In this document: one piece after another, positions 10,803 through 21,179 of the stretch | Layout: every line of letters begins with the position of its first letter | How positions within the stretch are numbered: the stretch's first letter is position 1 | NCBI RefSeq assembly: GCF_024521635.1 | Contig: NW_026250423.1 | Location: forward strand, 372,001 to 436,000 | Reading direction: 5' to 3' | Length of the DNA: 64,000 nt | DNA from: Tricharina praecox | Taxonomy: Eukaryota | The notes under the pieces: model-generated | The model's database searches: none | The model's input: only the letters and a program-made list of their open reading frames with translations | Told to the model about the DNA's origin: nothing | Translations under genes and position numbers: made by a program

Positions 10803-13069
10803 CTAGTCAACCTCCTCCATGGAGCTCTCAGCGGCCGCCGCCGCGGGGGCAGCAGCACTAGTGGTCTCCTCGGACTTCTCTTCGGGCTCAGTCACGTCCA
10901 GACCGAGGGCAACAAGGGAGTTGATGCGCTTGGCGAAAGAGTTGGGGTCCTCGAGGGAAAAGCCGGAAGACAGCAGGGCGGTCTCAAAGAGAAGGTGGCA
11001 GATGTCCGACACCGACTTGGAGGCTCCCTCCTCAGCAGCCTTGACCTTGAGGGCCTTGATGATGGGAGACTTGGGAGAGATCTCGAAAGTCTTCTTGGAG
11101 GCCATGTAGGAGCTCATGGAAGTGTCACGGAGAGCCTGAGACTTCATGATACGCTCCATATTGGCAGACCAACCGAACTGACCGGTACGGATGGCAGCAG
11201 GTGCGTCGACGATCTTGTGCGAGACAACGACCTTCTCAACCTTGTCGCCAAGAACCTCCTTGAGTGTCTTACCGAGACCCTCGAACTCCTTCTCCTCCTC
11301 CTCACGGTGCTTCTTCTCCTCCTCGGTCTCCTCGAGGTCGAAGTCCTTGGTGATGTCGACAAGCTTCTTGCCGTCGTGCTCCTTCAGCTGAGTAAAGGCG
11401 TACTCGTCGATGGGGTCGACCAGGAAGAGAACCTCGAAGTCCTTGGCCTTGAGGGCATCAAGGAAGGGGGACTTGGAGACAGCCTTGAGGGATTCACCAG
11501 TGATGTAGTACATGTTCTTCTGGTGCTCGGGCATCCGAGTGATGTAGTCCGCGAGGGAGGTGATCTCGTCGCCAGACTTGGTGGAGTGGAAGCGGAGAAG
11601 CTTGGCAAGCTGAGGGCGGTTCTGGGCGTCCTCGTGGATACCGAGCTTGATGTTCTTGGAGAAAGCAGTGTAGAACTTGTCGAACTGCTCACGGTCCTCG
11701 GCGATCTCGTTGAACATCTCAAGGGTCTTCTTGACGATGTTCTTGCGGATGACCTTCATGATCTTGTTCTGCTGGAGGGTCTCGCGAGACAAGTTGAGAG
11801 GGAGATCCTCGGAGTCGACGACACCCTTGACGAAGCTGAGCCACTCGGGGATCAAGTCGGTAGCATCGTCGGTGATGAAGACACGGCGGACGTAAAGCTT
11901 GATGTTGTTCTTGGCACGCTTGGTCTCGAAAAGGTCGAAAGGAGCACGCTTGGGAACAAAGAGGATGGCCTTGAACTCAAGCTGACCCTCAACAGAGAAG
12001 TGCTTGACGGCGAGGTGGTCCTCCCAGTCGTTGGAGAGCGACTTGTAGAAAGAAGCGTACTCCTCGGTGGTGATGTCGGTGGGGTTTCGGGTCCAAATCG
12101 GCTTGGTCTTGTTGAGCTCTTCCTCCTCCTCCTTGATCTCCTTAACCTTCTTGGTCTTCTTCTCTTTCTTCTCATCGTCCTCGTCAACCTGGAGAGAGAA
12201 TTAGCAAAAGTCGATGGGGCACGGCAGGGTTCCGGAAACAAACCTCCTCAATCTTAGGCTTGTTGTCCGCATCAGCATCGGTAGTCTCCTCGTCCTCATC
12301 GGGAACCTCAGTCTCGATCTCCTTGGTGGTGTGGAGGAAGATGGGGTACGAGATGAACTCGGAGTGCTTCTTCACGATTTCCTTAATCTTGGACTCCTGG
12401 AGGTACTCCTGGAGACCATCCTTGATGTGGAGGACAATCTTGGTACCACGTCCGATCTTAGGACCCTCCTCATCCAACTTAATGGTGAAGGATCCGCCGG
12501 CGGAGGACTCCCAAAGGTACTGCTCTGCGACATAGTTAGCGACCGAAACGCGCAATGCTCCGGGGAAGCCGATCAAACTCACCATCGTCGTTCGACCTGG
12601 TGTAGACCTGGACCTTGTCGGCCACCAGGTAGGCAGAGTAGAAACCAACACCGAACTGTCCGATCATAGAAATATCCGCGCCAGCAGACAAAGCCTCCAT
12701 GAACTGCTTGGTACCAGAGCGGGCAATTGTACCAAGGTTGTTGACGAGGTCAGACTTGGTGAAACCGATACCGGTATCGATGCTGAGTGAGTGTTAGTGA
12801 CACGGACAGACTGGTAATCGACCATGTAGGGAAGGAACATACATCGTCAAGGTCTTCTCATCAGCATTGGGGATGATGGATATCCGCAGGTCCTTCTCGG
12901 AGTCGAGCACAGAAGGGTCGGAAAGGGAGAGGTAGCGGATCTTGTCCAGAGCATCGGAAGCGTTCGAGATGAGTTCTCGCAGGAAGATCTCCTTGTTCGA
13001 GTAAACGGTGTTGATGATCAAAGAGAGCAACTGAGAGATCTCAGCCTGGAACTCGAAAGTCTCAGACAT
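10803..13069 (-). CDS. hsp90: Cytosolic heat shock protein 90
   Basis: Exons 13069-12843, 12782-12583, 12524-12244, 12188-10803. N-terminus [24 protein letters not shown], motif [11 protein letters not shown]-terminal MEEVD. A further 5'UTR intron lies at about 13221-13078. Confidence 0.98.
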
Positions 13070-13430
13070 GTTGGATACTGTAATGGGGAGTGAAAGGTCA
13101 GCAAGATTCTGTTAAAAGTGGTGCTGAAAGTGAAGTGGATTGGAGGGGAGAAGAAGTTGTGGTTGCCGTTTTTGGTGGGGCAGCTCGCGGCAAGGCAGCA
13201 ATAATGGCGGGGTAAACTCACTTATTGTGTGGGGTGTCTTCTAAGTGGAGTATGAGAGTGTTGAAGAAACGTATGAGGAGATGGGAGAGACGAGAGCGAG
13301 GGAGGTATCGCGGGTGGGGTCTTGCTTTATTTGTTGTGTTGATGAGAGGAAAGAGAGGAGGAGAGAGGGAGGAAATCGCAGAGAATTTAGAGGGAACGCG
13401 GAGGGCTGCCAAGCTCGATCCCGCACCGTA

Positions 13431-14079
13431 CCTTCTAGCGGTTTCTACGCCCCAAACAGCCCCCGCCGAACCAAAAAGACAAGCCCAAAGCAGAAAAGCG
13501 GCTCTTTGTGCTGCAATCCCACTCCTTCGGCATGACTTTTGCTTCATCCGTGAAATCAGAAGCCTTCATTCCGCGAGCAGCATCGGAGCAAATCTAGAGC
13601 ATTCGACGTAAGGACAGACAATGGAACTGGCCTCATTCCAGGATTCGCCGGAAATTAATTGATCGAACTCTCCACTACACACAAACAGCTGTTCTGACTT
13701 CTCCTTTCATTTCTATCTCCTCTGCTTCGCTCCATCCCACATGCTTCGCGTCAAGCTTTCCCCTCGATCTAATCTTATCTCCGTGTGATCCTCATCCCTG
13801 TCGTGTTCTCCACAAGAGTTCTCTCCGATTCCAGCGGCTTCCAAAGCAGCTAGCGGCGCTCAACCTCGTTCTCGTTTCATGTTGCCAACGATGCATGAGG
13901 CGCCTTTCCGTAAAGCGAAGCTCTCGAAACTGCTAGAACTCGCGCCAGAATTTCGAAAAAAGACAGCTTTTTCTGAAGCTAAAGCTACAGCTGAGGCGGC
14001 TTCGAGCTTGCGTCGGATGTTGCAACATGTAGTGACTCCGAGGCTGAAGCGTGATGCTAAGTTGGGAACATTCTAGAAA
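13431..14079. promoter_or_regulatory. Heat-shock elements upstream of hsp90
   Basis: Perfect nGAAnnTTCnnGAAn at 14065-14079 (GGAACATTCTAGAAA). Further partial nGAAn/nTTCn arrays at about 13432-13447, 13558-13567 (AGAAGCCTTC) and 13917-13960. Confidence 0.65.
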
Positions 14080-14333
14080 AAGCTGGATGTCGGAGTTGGA
14101 TATTCCGCCAGCCAGCGAGCCAGAGTGTCTGGACTCCGGAACCAGTGGCGATTATCATGTTCGGAATCATATGTGCAGGATGTCTGTAGCTAGAGGAACC
14201 TGGAGGAACTAGGGCAGCCTTCCTTAACACTCGCTTGTGTTTTGTTCTACTCCATGATCCGGTAGTATTCTTCAACCACAGTGACTACCGCAACAGAACT
14301 CTAGACGTACAGCGTCGTGACTATGCCATGTAA

Positions 14334-14760
14334 ATTTGTTTTTTGTTTGCGACCTAAGTAGGTCATGGCAATATACACACACTCCGGTTCCTCGGCTTTC
14401 ATTGAGTAGTCCAATGTTGCTTCCTTTACCCTTCGTCCCAGGCTGTGTCATCGATAGAAGTAGAACGCATCAAGGAAATGATTCAAAGGAAAAGCAACTT
14501 CCGCTCCCTACTGCTCCGTCGCGCCTCGGGCTTCCCGAGTTCCCACTCGGACGCTGACTGGATACATCTTCTTCGCCGGCCTCTAGCACTCGCCTGCCGA
14601 CATTAATGGAAGAGAGGAAGTCTAGGATGGCCTGGCTGCACCGCTCATCTGCGAAGAGGTCTCGGATCCTGAAGCAATTCTTTCTCCTCCCCATCTCCTC
14701 CCCATCTCCTTCCGAACCTCTGCCCACAGTATCTTCTGCTGGATCTTGCATTCGGGGCAT
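14334..14760 (-). mobile_element. 5'-truncated, degenerate non-LTR (LINE) retrotransposon remnant
   Basis: The minus strand encodes CPECKIQQKILWAEVRKEMG then, after an 11-bp duplication frameshift, RRKNCFRIRDLFADERCSQAILDFLSSINVGRRV. This resembles the ORF2 C-terminus of ascomycete LINEs (recognised from memory). It is followed by a 3'UTR ending in CAAACAAAAAACAAA. Confidence 0.75.
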
Positions 14761-15284
14761 CACTATGCTACGTAGAATGCGAGCCTGCATGTCTTTGTGC
14801 CGGAAAGGCGAATCACTGCATGTGAATCACTCGTTCTATAAAATCTATCGTTCCTCGCCGCAACCCTCCGTAGAGCCGAGGCAGCGCCGGTGGTAACTTA
14901 TACATGGCTTCATCTCTCTTTTTGGTACGTAAAGGAGTTTCCAGTCCACCTTTAAGGGCGGGAGGAAAGGCTATTTTGGTTTCTTCTACCATCGTCTACC
15001 AAGTTTGCATGCGAAATAAAAGATGACCACCCGCCCACAGTCGCAGACTATAACGGCTGCAGAAGAACCACCAAGGGCGGGTATGTGGTCGGTATAACTT
15101 CCAGATGGTTTAACACATCTTCACGGGAGTTGCTATCGATGTTGCGATGATCTAGCATCCCCATCACGCCCAAGTGGATCATGGCATTCCTGTGTTTAAT
15201 CCCCAATGTGGCTAAATCCTCATGTACCCAGCGTATGGCATCATCATCAATTCGCATTGTATTTGTCTAGAAGAAGATGAATAA

Positions 15285-15447
15285 AACCAGCCTCGTACAT
15301 CATCCTTCAAACCAGCCTCGTCCACCGTCCTTATAACCAGCCTCGTCCACCGTCCTTATAACCAGCCTCGTCCACCGTCCTTATAACCAGCCTCGATCAC
15401 CATCCTTCAAACCAGCCTCGTACACCGTCCTTGATCCAACCCTCGAT
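15285..15447. repeat. 25-bp minisatellite, about 6.5 copies
   Basis: Unit AACCAGCCTCGTCCACCGTCCTTAT at 15285, 15310, 15335, 15360, 15385 and 15410, with variants. Confidence 0.92.
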
Positions 15448-15733
15448 AAAACACGCAAACCCACGAACAGTGATCGAAGAACGGGCAAGAAATTACCAAA
15501 CGACGACATATATCCCTTTCAACAGGATCCGGTAAAGATAATGCAACAAAAACAGACAGAAAACACCTCCGAACACGGACCGAACCCTAGAAAAGCTCCC
15601 CGAGAGTCGGAGACCGAAGGAGAAACCTGAATCCGAAGCCATATGACCAACAATTAAAGCAACATGACCGACAATCAAAGCAACGAATCTAGAACGGATG
15701 TAAGTGACCCAGAACCACATCAGCCCAAAGCTA

Positions 15734-16810
15734 CTATAACTTCAGGGTTTTCCTTGCTACAAAACAGACAAGGCAATGTCTACCGTGCGTCCAGGCATTG
15801 TATAAGCACTCATACCGGCAAAACCAGGCGACCCTACAACTGCCGCATTTCCCCCACCGGCGATACTTGTGCGTTTCCCTCATGCTGCCTGTATGCACAC
15901 CCTTTCTTCTGACTAACGCTTCCCACCGTCCGCAGTGGCTGCAGCGTTTGCTCAGTTTGTCCATATCACAGAGCACACGGTACTCCTGCGCTCCGTTTGG
16001 AAGGACGGCACCGGTACGAACCACCAAAACCTCAGCCTCTAGCTTCGCGAGGGCTTCAATCTGCAGCGGCGAGATCATCTGCGAGGACGGAGCGAGGAAG
16101 TGGAGGTCGTGCGGGTTATACTTGAGCGACGGACACGGGAGTCCCTTGGAATCAGGGCAGCTGAGATTGAGGAACAGCTGCTGCCGATTCGGAGGAAACC
16201 CGTTCTGACGCTCGATGTGGATAAGGTGGAAGGTGACAGCTGGATTACCACTGGACCAGTCGATGTCGATTCCCAGCGAGAGGGCCAGAGGTGGCGCGAC
16301 GGGATTCTGCAATGAGGGGGCCGTTACGAGCGGTGGGAGGTGGTTGAAGTTCAGACCGAAAAAGTGGATACGTGGGTAATGCTTCTTTCCGTGCATTCCT
16401 TGTCTGAACGCCAATGAGGACTGCTGGAAACCTTCAATCCCGGCGGGCCCTATATGCTCTGGAGTACGTTCGCCGTGGCTACCTCCGCACGCATCCACAT
16501 ACACGGGCATCCGCTGGCTTATCGAGGATTCTCCGTGGCGACCTCCGTACGCACCCCCGTACGCGGGCATCCTCCGGCTTGACGAGGGTTCTCCGGTTTG
16601 TCCGCTGGTATACAAGCTCCGAAGTGGTGGCATGTTGTAGACGGCTGGCCCAAAGTTGCCGTCGAAATCACTGTGATAGGCCCCTTCGTCTGCCGAGGTG
16701 TGCTGCGGCTGCTGCGCACCTTCGCCAGCGTGAAACGGGTTGGCCAGATGGGGGATCCAACGGGATTTTCCTTTCCAAACCTGTCCTGAATTCGAAGCAT
16801 GATACGACAT
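15734..16810 (-). CDS. Protein with a C-terminal MYND-type zinc finger
   Basis: 358-aa single-exon ORF ending CSHC...KCGSCRVAWFCRYECLYNAWTHGRHCLVC. The N-terminal half is low complexity with a 20-aa internal repeat. Confidence 0.7.
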   Translation of the reverse strand: MSYHASNSGQVWKGKSRWIPHLANPFHAGEGAQQPQHTSADEGAYHSDFDGNFGPAVYNMPPLRSLYTSGQTGEPSSSRRMPAYGGAYGGRHGESSISQRMPVYVDACGGSHGERTPEHIGPAGIEGFQQSSLAFRQGMHGKKHYPRIHFFGLNFNHLPPLVTAPSLQNPVAPPLALSLGIDIDWSSGNPAVTFHLIHIERQNGFPPNRQQLFLNLSCPDSKGLPCPSLKYNPHDLHFLAPSSQMISPLQIEALAKLEAEVLVVRTGAVLPNGAQEYRVLCDMDKLSKRCSHCGRWEALVRRKGVHTGSMRETHKYRRWGKCGSCRVAWFCRYECLYNAWTHGRHCLVCFVARKTLKL

Positions 16811-17970
16811 TGGCTTGTTGCTGTTGGTTTTCGATATTTAGTACAGATGCACCTCGGTTTTCACGATGGTTCCGATGGAAGACATACTTATTCCGAAAGT
16901 TGGCTGGCGGTGATGAGGAAGGGAAACGGCGGAGCGTGGACGATGTGAGCTGTGACGTGGGAGGAGATGTTTGAGCTGTGAAGGAAGATACGGCAGAAAA
17001 GGTGGTAGGTATTATGCTGAAAGAGGACGGTGGAGCTGTGGTTGAAAGGAATGATGAAATACGGTGAAAGCTGCGTGGGTTGATGGTAGTACTGATGTCG
17101 TTGTGCTCGTCGGGGATGTGTGCGGGTATCGATGAGAGCGCGGTGGATATCTCTCAACTCAGAGTGGTGTGCATGCGGAACGACGAGGCTACGTATTACC
17201 AGGACTGGATCGTTGACAAAAGCTTGATCGATCAAAATCGATGATTATGGAAGCTTTCCCTTCCGGCATTCGGTCCTAGAAAACCGGATTCGACATATCC
17301 CACCGGGTGGCCTAACAGAGTGAGAGTTGGTGTCGCAACAGCCGATTTACGAGTCATCGAGAATGCACCTCGCCCAATAGACTCGAGAAAGCCGAGAAGA
17401 CGTGCAGGTTGAGGAGCCTAGTGAACCGAAAAGAGTAGTGAGATTACAATAGGAAGGATACTGCCTCGGAGTTCGGAATTCTACAATCGTTTATTAATGA
17501 ATTGTGATTGCTCGAGCACAGTGGAATGGAGGTTTCTGAAGGAGGGAAGAGGAACAGAGAGTGGCCGGGACAAAAAGAAGGGATTGCAATCAAAAAGAGA
17601 GCATAATTTAAGGCTTGATATGCTTTGATCTCCATCCGGACTTTTACCATGGGGTGGGGGGTCTCATGCTATGACCGTAAGGCTGTATTCAAGTGCTGGC
17701 TCCCCCCTGACGTAACGTGGGTATTCTACAGCATTGTGTACATCGAGAGGAGGTCGTGCTCTATTAATAACAGATCCTGTAGAAAATATTTTGTTGCGAG
17801 AGTGGAAAGTATAGCACTTGGGTTTTATCTATCGTGGTGGGTATTGGAGCGATGATGGCAACGGTGAGAATCATGGTGAAGGGCCACTGGGCTTTTCATG
17901 CACATGTAGAAAGAAGCATCACTTGTAGTAGTACTTTGAGCGAAACACAGCTTATTATCGAGGTATTAAA

Positions 17971-18554
17971 CTAGATGAGTTCCTCGCAGCGCCAGTCCTC
18001 GTAGCTACAAGCCAGCGTGTTAGTTACGAGAGCGAAATGAGGCGAAAGGTGAACGGGGTCCATACTATCCATCAGGTAGGTACCGCCGTACAACCAAAGG
18101 AATCTTCTTCTCTTGCAGCTCCTTCATCGCGATCTGTAGGGGGTCCGTCTCTCCACCGGTATCGACGAGAACAGGCGCATTCATACTACGGGAATTATCA
18201 GGAAACATGTTCCTCCATCCTTCACCGCAACAGAATGACTGACCTGATCTGCAGCGCCCTCGTGCCCAACAACCGCGCGCGCTCGTACTTGGTCATGTAG
18301 GGTGTCGTGTTTCTCTGATCGTCGGGAATCTTCTTGTCGTCAAGCTTCTTGGAGCCTCCCTGAGCAGCCGCTGCAGCGGCGGCAGGATCGCCACTGGTGA
18401 TGAAGTCGTGGTCTCCGTTCACGACACCATTGCGACCCGCCTCGCCAGCCTCCTCATTGTCGCTGAAGGTGGGTTCCTCCTCGAAATCCTCCTCCGGCTC
18501 CTCGTAGTCCTCGTTAAACTCTGGTTCGTTTCCGTCGTCACCGTAGTCGGACAT
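17971..18554 (-). CDS. RPB6: RNA polymerase I/II/III common subunit Rpb6 (Rpo26)
   Basis: Exons 18554-18244, 18185-18066, 18004-17971. Acidic N-terminus, then [58 protein letters not shown]. Confidence 0.97.
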
Positions 18555-18835
18555 TGTTGTGGTAGGGAGGAGTTGTGGGGATGGTAGTTAACGTGTGTGT
18601 AGTGTAGGTGGATTTGATGATCACGGAAAGATTCTCGCGTCAAGGACAAGGCGATAAACCCTGACCCTGGGATCAACCGAGTCTAACCAGTTATGAGAAG
18701 CTTGAATAGCGCATGGGGATAGCGCCGCCCACCTTTGAGGTTACACGCACAATGAACTTTTTTTGTACAATCTCACTTTCGGGAAAAAAGGCGATGTCAA
18801 TCACAGCTTCTTCACAACTCCATACCCTCTTCACA
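18555..18835. promoter_or_regulatory. Compact bidirectional promoter shared by RPB6 and TFIIIA
   Basis: Only 281 bp separates the two divergent start codons. Confidence 0.75.
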
Positions 18836-20751
18836 ATGCCCGGCCGCGTTAAACTCACCTCTGAAGCGAGCGTAGACGATCAGCCAGCTCCTGCGAAACG
18901 AAAATTGCCGACGGTTCGATATGCAGCGGCGAAGAGGACGAAATCTGGAGAAGAGAGAGAAGCAGCCAGCCAGCCTCGCAGCTACACTAGCTCGGGCACC
19001 AGCTCTGGCGGTGATGCGTCTCCACAAATACTCGACGACGATGATGGCTCTTTGATCACGCCGCCTTCGTCTCAGCCTGTTGCTACGACCAAACCGAAGA
19101 AGAAGCAGGTTACGAAACCCAGACCGAAAAGTATGCACCTGCCGGAGACTTTCCCTCGACTATTCCACAGACTGATATTGATCTCTTATAGAGTACGTCT
19201 GTACCCATGAAGGTTGCGATAAGTCCTTCGCCCGGCCCTGCCGCCTCGATGAACACCTCCGCTCCCACTCCGGCGATCGTCCTTTCAAGTGTACCTTCGA
19301 CCCGGAACAATGTGACAAGTCGTTCCTCCGGGACTCGCATCTCAAAGCTCATATCAAGGCCATGCACATCAAGACGAAGCCATATAGATGTACCTTTCTG
19401 ATACCGCCAGGGAGGGAGGACGATAGAGGCGAGTTTGGGTTCAAGAGGAAGGCTTCTGAACCTGCTGAAGGTCCTAACGGCATGAGGGAATGTGGTGCTA
19501 GCTTTTCTACCAACCAGCATCTGAAACGTCATGTGGATAGTCACCTTAAGACGTTTCCATATATTGTGAGTTGCCTTCGATAGTCACTTTGAGGATGAAG
19601 TGCTGACGACAGTGAAGTGCAAAGACCATCCCCCTTGTGCTGCCGGGTTCCGCAAGAAGGGTGTCCTGACCCGCCATATTCGCTCCGAACACTTGGGACT
19701 GAAGCCATGGGCCTGCCCTCACAAAAGCATCGACGATGCTAACAAACCGTGCTCGGCGGCCTTCGACACGAAAGGAAAACTCGGAAACCATGTAGCAACC
19801 CAGCACAACGGCCTCGCCAGACGCCGGTATATATGCACCATCTGCATTACCACCCCCGAAGCACCACTGGTTGAGCAGCCCACCACATCCGTTCCAACGA
19901 ACACCCTACCCCATGCCGTCGACCTCGACCGAGAGGTCACCGATCAAAGCGCCGAGGACGCATCTCTCCTCCTCAACCTTTCGCAAGCCAGCTTCCCGGT
20001 AATCCAAGCCCCGATCCTACAACAACCAGCACCCGAGGCCCTGCGTACTGAGGGCATGCTCGGCTTTGCCACGCACGCCGAGCTCCGCAGCCACATCACT
20101 CTTGCGCACCCACCAGTGTGCAAACGCTGCGGCTATATCGCCAAGCGACAAGGCGACCTATACCTTCACATCCGCGACAAACACGAGACGACCGTCGAGG
20201 AACGCCAATCGTGGGTGTGCGGGTGGGACAACTGCGGCCAAGGTTTTACCAAGAAGAGCAATCTGACAATCCACACCCGTACCGTCCACAAAGGCCTCAA
20301 GCCCTTTCCCTGCACCGAGCCTGGCTGTGATAAACGCTTCGGACACAAGGCCGTCCTCGCGCGCCACATTACGTCTCGTCATTCCGAAAACACCACCCAG
20401 AAATCCACCCGCAAATCCAGGAAGAAGAAAACTAGAGCGCTCAATATCGCGCAGCTACTTACCGGCTGGGGATACGAAGCCTCCGGACGCGATATTGAGT
20501 GCGTTGTCGAGGGCTGCGAGTATAGATTCTGTAGAATGTATGATCTCAAGAAACATCTGTGTGCTACTTCTGGCCACGGCTTTGATGAAACCCAGGTGGC
20601 AACCCTCATGAAGTTTGATTCCTCTACGGAGAAGGTACAGGTTTACGGCGAGGAGAGTGAGAGCAGCGAGGACATTAGTGATAGTGAGTGGAGTGTTGCG
20701 GGGAGTGAGACAGAGAGTGAAGAGGAGTTTTGTTTTGATGATGATGATTGA
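18836..20751 (+). CDS. PZF1: Transcription factor IIIA (multi-C2H2 zinc finger, 5S rRNA factor)
   Basis: Exons 18836-19130, 19192-19565, 19618-20751. Ten C2H2 fingers, the first YVCTHEGCDKSFARPCRLDEHLRSH. Divergent from RPB6, as in yeast. Confidence 0.88.
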
Positions 20752-21179
20752 TTTGTGGTTCATATGGGCTTCATGTTCTGGTTCGAAAAAGTTTGTGGAG
20801 TTTCTTTTGATCTTTCTGATGCTTTTGAGCGAGCGAGCGGTCATTCTTTGGGAGTAATGGGCCGATCGGTTTGGGAGACAATTACGATGGAATCGATTGT
20901 ACAAGATGTACTTGTTTTTGTTTCATTCTTATTTCGCATACAGCGTATCTAGACTATCGATACGATGAATGGTTTTCTAAGTACCAGTACATGCTTCACA
21001 CTCTTCAGGCTCCACTCGAGTGACTTCAAATGTGTTCAGTATTTGCAACATGAGAGATTTATGATAGACAAAATTAATTTCAACCCGCCTAAGCTTTTGA
21101 TGATCAACAATGAAGATGGATAATAAGGAAAGAAAAAATTACACGGAAAATCAACTATTCACATCGCATGTTGACTATT

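Noticed and set aside
10590..12257. 555-aa plus-strand ORF antisense to hsp90
   Set aside because: Shadow ORF produced by the strong codon bias of a highly expressed gene; no independent motifs.
15285..15447. Regular repeats as a CRISPR array
   Set aside because: Head-to-tail minisatellite without unique spacers, no cas genes, eukaryotic genome.
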